Source: an uncultured Candidatus Binatia bacterium (lineage in GTDB: Bacteria > Desulfobacterota > Binatia > UBA9968 > CAXXLF01). From it: DNA of 64,000 bases. The position numbers and the translations under genes were made by a program. The stretch is taken from contig OZ244621.1 in NCBI GenBank assembly GCA_965218425.1, positions 1,760,001 to 1,824,000 on the forward strand, given 5' to 3'. Numbering within the stretch: the stretch's first letter is position 1; each line of letters begins with the position of its first letter. Below the pieces are notes generated by a model, which ran no database searches, was not told the origin of the DNA, and saw only the letters and a list, made by a program, of their open reading frames with translations. Below, piece after piece: positions 21,015 to 32,740 of the stretch.

Positions 21015-21029
21015 GTAGCAGAATTCATC

Positions 21030-21458
21030 ATGATAGACGTAGATTACAGTATATTCATTCAAATTACCCTGTTTCTTCTAATCTGGTTTTTTCTAGCGCG
21101 GTTCGTGTTCAGCCCCTTTCAGCGGCTGCTAGAACAAAGAGAACAAAGAACCGCGGGAATGAAGGTAAAAGCCGATACGCTATTGGAAGAAGCAGACCGC
21201 TTACGAATACAATACGAAGAGAGAATCACCAGGGCAAAAGAGGAGGGAAACTTCCTCAAGGAAGAAATCCGCCAGGAGGCCCTACAGGCAGGGGAACGAA
21301 TTTTGACTCAGGCTCAGGGAGAGGCCGCACGCTTTCTCCAGTCGGCTCGGCAACAGATTCAGGATGAAATGCAAAAGAGTCGAGCGCTGGCCCACCAAGA
21401 GGCGCAGGCCATCGCGCAGGAAATGGCTGAGAAGATTCTGGCGAGGAAAGTCACATGA
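21030..21458 (+). CDS. atpF: ATP synthase F0 subunit b'
   Basis: N-terminal TM (FIQITLFLLIWFFLARFVFSP) plus coiled coil; first of two b-type genes. Confidence 0.88.
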   Translation: MIDVDYSIFIQITLFLLIWFFLARFVFSPFQRLLEQREQRTAGMKVKADTLLEEADRLRIQYEERITRAKEEGNFLKEEIRQEALQAGERILTQAQGEAARFLQSARQQIQDEMQKSRALAHQEAQAIAQEMAEKILARKVT

Positions 21459-22006
21459 CGGCCTTTGCAATGTTTTATGTCGCGCCGGCATGGGCGGCCG
21501 CTGCCGCCGGCAGTGACGGTCATCTACCTTCCATGACGAGCCTCATCTTTCCTTTGATCAACTTCCTGATCTTTGTGTTTCTCATCCACCGCTTTGCGCT
21601 GCCGGCCGTCAATCATGTCCTCGCCTCACGGCGCGACGAGATAATCGGCGCCGTACAATCCGCAGACGAGAGCTTGGAAAAGGCAGAAGCGGCACTACGG
21701 AGTTACCGGGATCGACTGGCCGCTGCCGACGAAGAAACGAAAACCCTGCTGGAAAGCCTCCAAGGGGAGGGCGAACGGGAAAAGGCGAAGATCCTAGGCG
21801 ACGCCGAGGAGTTGGCGGTAAAGATCAAGGCCGATGCGGACTTCGTTTCACAGCAAGAGACAAAAGTAGCGCGTCAACAGATACGCGACGAGATAGCCCG
21901 AGTCGCCCATGAGGCGGCAGAGAATGTCATCCGATCCAATCTCAGGCCCGTAGACCAGGAGCGTTTCGTGGAGCAATTCCTACAAGGAATTGAAGAGGTC
22001 CGATGA
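21455..22006 (+). CDS. atpF: ATP synthase F0 subunit b
   Basis: LINFLIFVFLI..F..P TM segment, RR..I, coiled coil. Confidence 0.9.
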   Translation: MTAFAMFYVAPAWAAAAAGSDGHLPSMTSLIFPLINFLIFVFLIHRFALPAVNHVLASRRDEIIGAVQSADESLEKAEAALRSYRDRLAAADEETKTLLESLQGEGEREKAKILGDAEELAVKIKADADFVSQQETKVARQQIRDEIARVAHEAAENVIRSNLRPVDQERFVEQFLQGIEEVR

Positions 22007-22542
22007 TTGAGGGAAGACTAAGCCGACGATACGCTAAGGCCATTTCTGCCCTAGCCAGGGAAGAACACGTTGAGGACAATTTCGCGTTGGAATTGGACCG
22101 TTTCGTCGAAGCTTACAATACCCCCACCCTGAACAGGGTATTAACCAATCCGGCGTTTAGAATTCAAACACGAAAAAATATTGCCGTAGAGATCGCACAG
22201 GCTTTGAATCTTGCCCCCCTGGCAACTCGATTTCTGTCCTTCCTGACGGAGCGGGACCGTCTGGCGTATCTTCCTTCCATTGCACTCCATTACCATCGCC
22301 TTCTGGATGAGGCCAAGGGCAGGGTAGTGGCCCGGATCGTTACCCCCATTCCCCTAGGAGTTGCAATGATGCAAAACGTGACTCGGGTACTCAAAGGGAT
22401 ATGCGGAAAAGAGGTGGTCCTTAAGGAAGAGAGCCGACCCGATCTCATCGGAGGACTCCTGATTGAACTAGAGGGCAAGGTCTATGACGGCAGCATACGG
22501 ACGCAACTCGAAAGAATGAAAGAAACCATCGAACGAGGATAA
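22003..22542 (+). CDS. atpH: ATP synthase F1 subunit delta
   Basis: RRYAKA, LIGGL, YDGSIRTQL. Confidence 0.95.
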   Translation: MIEGRLSRRYAKAISALAREEHVEDNFALELDRFVEAYNTPTLNRVLTNPAFRIQTRKNIAVEIAQALNLAPLATRFLSFLTERDRLAYLPSIALHYHRLLDEAKGRVVARIVTPIPLGVAMMQNVTRVLKGICGKEVVLKEESRPDLIGGLLIELEGKVYDGSIRTQLERMKETIERG

Positions 22543-22560
22543 ATAAGTCGGAGGAGTGAA

Positions 22561-24068
22561 ATGGATATAGGGACTGCCGAAATCAGCCGGATTATTAAAC
22601 AGCAAATCCAGGATTACGACAAGGGTGTTCAGATTGAAGAAGTCGGCACCGTGTTATCCACCGGTGACGGAATTGCCAGGATTTATGGTCTCCAGAACGC
22701 GGCAGCCGGAGAGCTCCTGTCGTTTCCACACGATGTATACGGCATGGTGCTTAATCTCGAAGAGGATAACGTGGGCGTCTCGCTCTTCGGCGAAACCCAA
22801 CTTATCAAAGAGGGAGACACGGCAAAGCGTACCGGAAAAATCGCCGAGATACCCGTGGGCGGGGCCCTGGTGGGGAGAGTCATCAATCCCCTCGGAGAGC
22901 CCATCGACGGACGAGGCCCCATCGAGGCCAAAGAAAACAGGAGGATCGAACTCAAGGCCCCTGGGATCGTGGCCCGTCAGCCCGTTAAAGAGCCGCTTCA
23001 AACAGGACTCAAAGCCATCGATGCAATGATCCCCATTGGCAGGGGACAGCGTGAACTCATCATAGGAGACCGCCAAACAGGAAAAACGGCGGTTGTGCTC
23101 GATACCATCATCAACCAAAAGGGGGGCGACGTCACCTGCATCTATGTCGCCGTCGGACAGAAGAAATCCACCGTGGCCCAGGCCGTGGACAAGCTCAGAC
23201 AGTATGGCGCAATGGATTACACCGTGGTTGTATCCGCTAGTGCCTCTGAGCCCGCTCCTCTTCAGTACATTGCTCCCTACAGCGGTTGCACCATAGGGGA
23301 GCATATTCGCGATAACGGCGGCCACGCCTTGGTGATCTACGATGACCTCTCCAAGCACGCAGTCGCCTACCGCCAGTTGTCCTTGCTTCTTCGTCGGCCT
23401 CCCGGACGAGAGGCTTTTCCTGGTGATATCTTTTACCTTCACTCCAGGCTATTGGAGAGGGCGGCTAAGCTGAACGAGGCCCTTGGCGGCGGTTCTCTAA
23501 CGGCCCTCCCCATCATTGAAACTCAGGCCGGCGATGTCTCCGCTTATATCCCTACCAACGTCATCTCCATCACCGATGGTCAGATCTATCTCGAGACCGA
23601 TCTCTTTTTCTCGGGCGTGCGCCCGGCCATCAACGTGGGACTCTCCGTTTCCCGAGTGGGAGGCGCCGCGCAGATCAAGGCCATGAAACAGGTGGCCGGA
23701 GGATTGCGTCTCGATCTGGCTCAGTATCGAGAGATGGCCGCTTTCGCTCAGTTTGGGTCCGACTTGGACCAGGCCACTCAACGGCAGATCGCCAGAGGAA
23801 GCCGCCTGGTTGAGATCCTCAAACAAGGACAATACGAACCCCTTCCCGTAGCTAAGCAGATCCTTATTATTTACGCGGGGACCAACGGCTTCGTGGATCA
23901 CCTACCCGTTGAGGCCATCAAGAAATACGAGGAAGAGCTTGTTGCCTTTGTGGAAGCCAAGGCCCCTGACCTATTTGATGAGATTGTGAAGCAACGTGAA
24001 ATAACCGACGAGATCAAGGGAAAGACCAACAGGCTCCTGGAAGATTTCAACGCGAATTTCAAACCCTA

Positions 24069-24069
<1 letters not shown>
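22561..24069 (+). CDS. atpA: ATP synthase F1 subunit alpha
   Basis: [48 protein letters not shown]. Confidence 0.99.
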
Positions 24070-26364
<2,295 letters not shown>

Positions 26365-26892
26365 CGTCACAATCCCGTCAAAAACAATTTAAAATCTTCC
26401 CTTGATACGGCGTTTGAATGATGTTGAGGCCAACAGAGATGCCGATTTGCCAGGCAGGCATACACAGGGCCATCGTGGCAATTTCATCTGCTGTTCCTGT
26501 TTCCATACTTCTCTAGACACCTCTGACCTCGTTAGGAGCGCAAAGCCCGTGCCGCACGATATATTGCGGTCAATCAATTGGATACTACTATTCCTTGTAG
26601 TTCTTTAGTGATCTAATCTATAGTTTCAGTTCAAAAAAATGTTCATGTCGATCCATTATGCGCTACTCTGATTGATCGTTATATCTGTTGGGACCCAAAG
26701 GTGAGACAAGTAGCTCCGGGTTGGCCTGATTCGATAACGACTTAAGATGACGGCGGAATTTGGTAACGGGAGGGATCGGTGAGATGGAATTCCTACCTAG
26801 GGACAAAGTCCTCCTTGACGATCCTGCGTTTAGCCTATTATATATTGATTTCCCGCTGAACCTTTAAGGTTTCGAAGAGAGGAGAGATTTCC

Positions 26893-27993
26893 ATGCCACC
26901 TGTATTTACTTACGATCGTTGGATGGAGTCCAAAGGGATTCCCATCCATCGGGGTTACTACATTGAGGACTTGAGGACCGCAGGTCTTCAATGGTGGGAG
27001 GAACGGCAGTGCAACGCGGCGTTCATGCAGCTTATGGGTCAGGAGGGAGTAACCTCCGCCTGGATCGCAGAGATCCTTCCCGGCAAGACCCTTCCGCCCG
27101 TGAAATTTGCCCTAGACGAAATCGTCTATGTCGTGGAGGGACGTGGAACCACAACCGTTTGGGCCAAAGAGGGGGGACCGAAAAAGACCTTCGAATGGCA
27201 GAAGCACAGCATGTTTCTCATTCCTCATAACTATTACCATCAGATTACCAACATGCAGGGTGACAAGGCTGTACGATTGTTGCGTTACAGCTACCTCCCC
27301 CTAGCCATGTCGGCTTTTCAAGATCCCGGGTTTTTCTTCGACAACCCCTATCAGGGGCCCGATGTTCTTTTCGGCAAAGAAGGCGATTTTTACTCCGAAG
27401 CAAAAGTCCTAGACGACCCAAACGACGTGAGCCAAATCAATACCTGGGGTAGAATCTATTGGTATGGCAATTTTTTTCCTGACATGAGGGCCTGGGATAA
27501 GCTCGACGCCAACAAGGCGCGAGGGGCTGGAGGAAAGAGCGTTTACATGCGTTTCCCCGGCTCGGAAATGTCCGCCCATATGTCAGTATTTGCAGCCCGC
27601 ACATATAAAAAGGCCCATCGCCATGGCCCAGGACGGGTCATTGTCATCCCTGCGGGAGAGGGGTACTCCATCCTTTGGGAAGAAGGGAAAGAAAAAATCG
27701 TAGTCCCCTGGCACGAAGGCAGCGTCTTTGTCCCACCCAACAGATGGTTCCACCAACATTTCAATTTAGGCGGCACTTACGCGCGCTATCTGGCCTTGCA
27801 TCCACCCATGCAGTTCCATGGGCACGCCGAAAAAGTTGAAGACCGCGCGAAAGATCAATTCGAATATCCTGACGAAGATCCAATGATTCGCCAGAAATTC
27901 GAAGCGGAACTGGGCAAACGAGGATACACGAGCCTGATGCCTGAGGAAGCCTACAAAGACAAAAGCTTTGAATTTTCCGCCTCCGCCGCATAA
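26893..27993 (+). CDS. Bicupin (two cupin-like domains) protein of unknown function
   Basis: DEIVYVVEGRG..FEW..SMFLIP.N..HQ and AHRHGPG...GEGYS...W..GSVFVPP..WFHQHFN; RBS AGGAG. Confidence 0.8.
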   Translation: MPPVFTYDRWMESKGIPIHRGYYIEDLRTAGLQWWEERQCNAAFMQLMGQEGVTSAWIAEILPGKTLPPVKFALDEIVYVVEGRGTTTVWAKEGGPKKTFEWQKHSMFLIPHNYYHQITNMQGDKAVRLLRYSYLPLAMSAFQDPGFFFDNPYQGPDVLFGKEGDFYSEAKVLDDPNDVSQINTWGRIYWYGNFFPDMRAWDKLDANKARGAGGKSVYMRFPGSEMSAHMSVFAARTYKKAHRHGPGRVIVIPAGEGYSILWEEGKEKIVVPWHEGSVFVPPNRWFHQHFNLGGTYARYLALHPPMQFHGHAEKVEDRAKDQFEYPDEDPMIRQKFEAELGKRGYTSLMPEEAYKDKSFEFSASAA

Positions 27994-28036
27994 CCGGAGT
28001 TTGGTATCGACTTGAACTAATTCAGGAGACACCATC

Positions 28037-29548
28037 ATGCATGATGACGACGAAAATCCGGAACATTTTCATCCCGGTCCTGATAGCATCGTAGAGGAAA
28101 TCGAAGGCCTGGAAATGTTCACGCTCAAAAGCGTGGGCATTGACATCGGCTCCTCCACGTCCCATCTGGTCTTTTCCCGGTTGACCCTTAGACGCGAAGG
28201 CGCGGCTCTGTCTGCAAAATTCAAAGTCACCAATCGAGAAGTGCTGTTCCGTTCCAATATCATGCTGACACCCTACATCTCAGGCACCTTGATTGACACG
28301 GATAAAGTAAAAACCTTCATTCACGATGTTTACCGGGAGGCTGGATTCGTCTCGGAGGATATCGACACCGGTGCCGTGGTGATCACCGGCGAGGCCCTGA
28401 AAAAGGAGAACGCGAAGCCCATCGTGGAGTTTTTCGCCAAAGACTCTGGCAAGTTTATTTGCGCCTCGGCCGGACCGAACCATGAGGCACTGCTTGCTGC
28501 CTATGGTTGTGGGGCAGTGGAGCTTTCCCGCACTCACCAGGCCAACGTTCTGAACGTCGACATGGGGGGCGGCACAACGAAGTTCTCCCTTATCCAAGAC
28601 GGCATCGTAACCCAGACAGCCGCCATCAATGTGGGGGCAAGGCTCATCGCCTTTGACAAGTCCAGTGTCGTCACCAGGGTTGAAGATCCAGCCAGGCTGG
28701 TCATGAAGGAGCTGGGAAATTCAGTGGACCTCGGCAAGAAACTCACCGAAGATGAGAAAGCAGAATTCTCCGCGCTACTGGCGAAACTCATTTTCGAGGT
28801 CATTAATGGGGGTCCCAAATCGCAGTTAGCCAAAGAGCTGATGGTTACAGACCCCTTAAATGGTTACCGGGGTATCGACCAGATCGATTTCATCGTTTTT
28901 TCCGGTGGTGTCTCGGAGCATATTTACGAGCACGACCATACATCATACGGCGATATGGGTCCCCTATTGGCCAAGAGCATGAGAGGGCATCTGAGCAGAG
29001 TCCCCAAGAAAGACTTTTTGCGCGAATCCACCGAAGGCATCCGTGCCACTGTCATTGGCGCGGGAGAGTACACGATCCAGGCAAGTGGTAATACAAGTTA
29101 CATTTCCAACCGCGATGCCCTCCCGGCCTTCGGACTAAAGGTGGTCCGTCCATTCATCGCAGAGGATGAACCGGTAGAACAAGCGGTGAGAACCGCGCTG
29201 GCAAAATTTGACCTATCCTCCTACGGTTCGGGACTAGCGCTGGCGGTTTCCCTCCCCCAACAGCCGGACTATCAATCCATAAGAAATCTCGCAGAGGGCA
29301 TCGCCGCAGTAGTAAAAGAATCAAAGGACGCCAATGCCCCCCTTTATTTGACCCTGGACCTTGATGTGGCTAAGTCGCTGGGTGGGGTTCTAAAAGAAGA
29401 ACTCAAGCTACAGCAAGAAATTATCGCGGTGGATGGAATTGACGTGGGAGACTTGGACTATGTCGATATTGGTCGCCCCATGGGGGTATCCGAGGTCATA
29501 CCCGTCACGGTTAAATCATTGATGTTTCCCACCATAAGTTCGGACTGA
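28037..29548 (+). CDS. eutA: EutA-like reactivating factor (ASKHA ATPase)
   Basis: SVGIDIGSSTS.LVFS, IDTGAVVITGE, SAGP..E..LA..G, NVDMGGGT, NVGARL, SGGV, IRATVIGAG, DYVDIG, VPV-like IPVTVKSL. Confidence 0.85.
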   Translation: MHDDDENPEHFHPGPDSIVEEIEGLEMFTLKSVGIDIGSSTSHLVFSRLTLRREGAALSAKFKVTNREVLFRSNIMLTPYISGTLIDTDKVKTFIHDVYREAGFVSEDIDTGAVVITGEALKKENAKPIVEFFAKDSGKFICASAGPNHEALLAAYGCGAVELSRTHQANVLNVDMGGGTTKFSLIQDGIVTQTAAINVGARLIAFDKSSVVTRVEDPARLVMKELGNSVDLGKKLTEDEKAEFSALLAKLIFEVINGGPKSQLAKELMVTDPLNGYRGIDQIDFIVFSGGVSEHIYEHDHTSYGDMGPLLAKSMRGHLSRVPKKDFLRESTEGIRATVIGAGEYTIQASGNTSYISNRDALPAFGLKVVRPFIAEDEPVEQAVRTALAKFDLSSYGSGLALAVSLPQQPDYQSIRNLAEGIAAVVKESKDANAPLYLTLDLDVAKSLGGVLKEELKLQQEIIAVDGIDVGDLDYVDIGRPMGVSEVIPVTVKSLMFPTISSD

Positions 29549-29560
29549 GCGCGAACGAAT

Positions 29561-30085
29561 CTACGGCAGCCCCCTCCTGGGATTGCCCGTGGAGGCAACC
29601 TGAAGGGACCCTCCCATGCAACGGAACCCTTTGACTATATTTTTCCACTCGGGAAGATAGCGATGGGAACAGTCGCAGGTATCCATGGGACCGCATAGCG
29701 CCTTGAAGGCACCCTCTTCCGTGGGCATCTCCGTGGAAGTCCACTCCCAAACGTCCCCCTCCTTACCTAGCTTCCCCGCCTCGCAAACAGCCAACCATTC
29801 ATCCACTGTGGGGAGCCGCTTTCTCCCTGCCCACCTACAGTATCGGCTTGCATCATACCAGGTGATCAAAACTACCGGCTCACTTTCCCGACCCTCGGGA
29901 TAGCGCCCATCCACCCAATGTTCCGGCACCGGATGACCAGTGGCCTGGGTGAATTTCATGTAATCCCCGTTGGTCACCTCCCTGGGATCCAGGGACACCC
30001 CTGACGAGAGCAACAATAGAGGAAAGAACAGCTCTATAAAATAAACCGGCAAAGCTTTGATCGTCTGATGGGCTCGACTTCGCAT
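29561..30085 (-). CDS. Short FGE-sulfatase (SUMF1) domain protein, probably exported
   Basis: EVTN..Y..F, PVV.ITW.DA..YC.W...RLPT..EW, GDVWEWT, GFRC; ATG 30085 has a GGAG RBS; the longer ORF runs through a repeat. Confidence 0.7.
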   Translation of the reverse strand: MRSRAHQTIKALPVYFIELFFPLLLLSSGVSLDPREVTNGDYMKFTQATGHPVPEHWVDGRYPEGRESEPVVLITWYDASRYCRWAGRKRLPTVDEWLAVCEAGKLGKEGDVWEWTSTEMPTEEGAFKALCGPMDTCDCSHRYLPEWKNIVKGFRCMGGSLQVASTGNPRRGLP

Positions 30086-30175
30086 GGCTCTCTCCGCGAA
30101 AAAATCCATATCACGAACCTGGAAACATGCCAAGCAGGGGAGGGCCCACACGGGAGTGAGCAACGAGTAACGAGC

Positions 30176-30575
30176 GCTGAGGGGCAGGCCCCCGAGCCCG
30201 GGTTTTTCTCGGGGAGCGAGTGGCCGAGCGCGGATTATAGGGCGGTACGGTGAGGGATTTGGTGCTCCCCTCGCTCCACGGGACTCTCGCAGTGGCCCCA
30301 CCCGACCTGCGCTCCTAACATGTCGAGGCTCGTCGTGGAGCGAGCCTCCGGCCATGGGCAACAGGCCGGTGAATCTCTGAAGCTGAACGTTCGATGCCCA
30401 CGGCCTTACGTCTCGCTCCCCTCGTCGCCCCGCGTTGTTAGGCGAAGGGGGCCTGGCGCGAAGAAAGGGAGACGTCCGATGCTGGCAGCTCCAGCCGATT
30501 TGGCATGTCAGATCAAATGACGTGGCATCGAGACACAAGCCCATCGGCTCCCGCCGAGGGACGGGCCGCCGAGTC
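30176..30575 (-). repeat. Dispersed modular GC-rich repeat, copy 3 (inverted, different 3' module)
   Basis: Reverse complement matches copies 2 and 4; bounded by direct repeats of the ~24 nt terminal unit. Confidence 0.9.
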
Positions 30576-30810
30576 GCTAAATCGTTTACGAATCCTAAAT
30601 CCCTAAGGCTTAGACGATGACTTCCTTCGGGTCTGAGCCCCATGGTTCGAATACCTCATCATGACCCGAAGCACGGCCGATGGGTGAGGGTCAAAGACAG
30701 CCGAACCGAAGACTCGTTCCCCGAGGAGAGCCATAATTTCGTCGCAATCACTTCTTTGCAAAACTCACGTGGACACATATGGTGGGTCTAACCGTTGTAG
30801 TTGATGGCAC

Positions 30811-31304
30811 ATGAGCAAAACCATACCAGACATCCATTTGATCCTGAAAGAATTCGATAAACTGCCAAAATTTCCCGATGGCAGGATAGATTATTCCAGC
30901 TCGGACAAAGCACCCGTCTTGACCTGCTTCGTGAGATTCGAGGACAAAATCCTGTTACTGAAGCGAAGCGACAGGGTGGGCACCTACAGGGGGAAATGGC
31001 ACACCGTCGCCGGATACATCGATGAGCCCAAGCCCATCCAACAAAAGGCCCTTGAGGAACTGGAGGAGGAGCCAGATATTCACAGAGAGGACGTTTCCAG
31101 TTTCACGCGGGTGAGCCCTATGAGTTTTTTAACACGGGCGCAAAGAAGAGCTGGAACGTCCACCCCGTCCTAGTGGAACTGAACAACAAACCTGAGGTAA
31201 AATTGGACTGGGAACACACAGAATTCAAGTGGGTCCCGTCCCATGAGGTTGAAAGCTGCGATACGGCTGCGAAGTTGAATGAAAGTTTGAAAAGGGTGCT
31301 GTGA
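30811..31304 (+). pseudogene. NUDIX hydrolase, frameshifted near 31100
   Basis: ILLLKRS..VGTYRGKW..VAGYID...ALEELEEE in frame 0; C-terminal half GEPYEF...W.VHPVL...VKLDWEHTEFKW in the -1 frame to TGA 31304. Confidence 0.75.
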
Positions 31305-31312
31305 AAATACCC

Positions 31313-31729
31313 TCAGGAACCATGACTAGCCGCCTTGTGGCTCCCTTCAACGGTATCGGCCATGACGATCAAGGTCATTCCCTCAGCCCGCAGCACCCTT
31401 ACCCGGCTACCAGAGATAATGGGTAAAACCCCAGGAGCTGTCTCCGCGCGCCACAGCTCCCCCCGCAGATAAATCTGGCCGCGCGGGTCAAGGTCTTGCC
31501 GTGCTACCCCCTTTAACCCAATGAGCTGATCTACACCCGTCTTCGGACCGGACTGATAAGCTACGCGAAGCAGGGGGTAGAAAAGGAAGTCTTTGATCAC
31601 CCACAGGACAAAGCCAATCAGGGCGATCCATACGGGTAAACCGATCCAGTACCGCATGGCCACAAGGATGAGTGCCACGATGATCCATCCGGGTACTTGA
31701 AAGATGAGATACTTATTCCAGGTAGTCAC
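31313..31729 (-). CDS. NfeD-like protein (short form, OB-fold C-terminus)
   Basis: TM N-terminus, LIG.KGVA...L.P.GQI..RGELWRA, V.V...EGMTLIV. Confidence 0.85.
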   Translation of the reverse strand: MTTWNKYLIFQVPGWIIVALILVAMRYWIGLPVWIALIGFVLWVIKDFLFYPLLRVAYQSGPKTGVDQLIGLKGVARQDLDPRGQIYLRGELWRAETAPGVLPIISGSRVRVLRAEGMTLIVMADTVEGSHKAASHGS

Positions 31730-31768
31730 TTTTGCGGCAGGCCAGCCGCTGCGGATGGAAGATGAAAC

Positions 31769-32740
31769 CTAGAAAACGGCGGAAGCGAATTGTCTAAGGG
31801 TCTCCTGCCTATCTCCTTCAACGCCATAGGGAATAATCGCTATCTGATCGATGCCGCTCTCTTTCAACCGCTGTACCTTGGCCCGGCACTCCTGAGAAGT
31901 ACCGGCAAGGGCAAACTTGTCCACCAGCCAATCCGGTATGACCTTGGCCTGATTCGCCTGCTGCTGCATATGTTGATAGTAGTTGTAGGCTTCACGGATT
32001 TTCTTCAAAACTTCCCGTTCTTTCCGTCCCAAGGCAAAGGGCAACGGATGAGCCACAATGCGGGCCACATGGGCCTTCACTGCTTCCCTGGCGGGGAGTT
32101 GATCGGAAACGGCGCACGGAACCCACAGGACGCGATGAATATCCCCGGGCTTGCGCCCCGCAGCGCGAACCCCCGCTTCGATCCTCTCATTGGCTTGCTG
32201 GAGGTAGGTGGAGTCCGTTCCCACAAGAATAATAACCCCGTCCGCAAGCCGCCCGGCAAGCTCAAGCATCTTTGGCCCGCTTGCCGCGATATAGATTGGA
32301 AGGGGTTCTTTGCAGGGAAAGTTCAAATGGATCTTCCCCGTCTCCACCTCAGCATCATCTCCCCTCATAAGGGCCCGCATCTGGTGGATGGTTTTCTCAA
32401 AATCGGCCAAACGAGCGGGCTTCATTCCCATGGTTTCCACAGAACTGTCCCCGAGACCGATGCCTACATTAACGCGCCGTGGCGCTATCTCCTCCAAGGT
32501 AACAAAAGCACTGGTGACGACGGATGGGTGGCGAGTGATTGGATTGGTGACCCCTGTGCCCAGTTTTACCTTACTGGTATTCACAGCCACGGCAGCGAGA
32601 TTGACATAGGCCTCCCGCCATATCAGGTGAGAGTCCCCAATCCATAGGTGACTATAACCAAGCTCCTCGGACAGCCTGGCGAGTTGGATCATCTTCGGCA
32701 ATGGCTCCGTGGGAAACAGCCCAACCCCAAATGTAGTCAT
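31769..32740 (-). CDS. LLM-class flavin/F420-dependent oxidoreductase (Mer-like)
   Basis: WIGDSH, LGTGVTNPITRHP, GIGLGDS, PIYIAASGPKMLELAG..ADG. Confidence 0.88.
   Translation of the reverse strand: MTTFGVGLFPTEPLPKMIQLARLSEELGYSHLWIGDSHLIWREAYVNLAAVAVNTSKVKLGTGVTNPITRHPSVVTSAFVTLEEIAPRRVNVGIGLGDSSVETMGMKPARLADFEKTIHQMRALMRGDDAEVETGKIHLNFPCKEPLPIYIAASGPKMLELAGRLADGVIILVGTDSTYLQQANERIEAGVRAAGRKPGDIHRVLWVPCAVSDQLPAREAVKAHVARIVAHPLPFALGRKEREVLKKIREAYNYYQHMQQQANQAKVIPDWLVDKFALAGTSQECRAKVQRLKESGIDQIAIIPYGVEGDRQETLRQFASAVF

Noticed and set aside
26389..26608. Short ORFs after atpD as atpC
   Set aside because: No epsilon-like motifs, no RBS, too short
29561..30085. SUMF1-domain gene as the missing C-terminus of egtB
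   Set aside because: It has its own RBS and hydrophobic leader, is on the opposite strand 11 kb away, and is shorter than an EgtB FGE domain
30086..30643. N-terminal half of the 360 aa ORF 29561..30643
   Set aside because: Read-through of repeat copy 3; a better start with RBS exists at 30085
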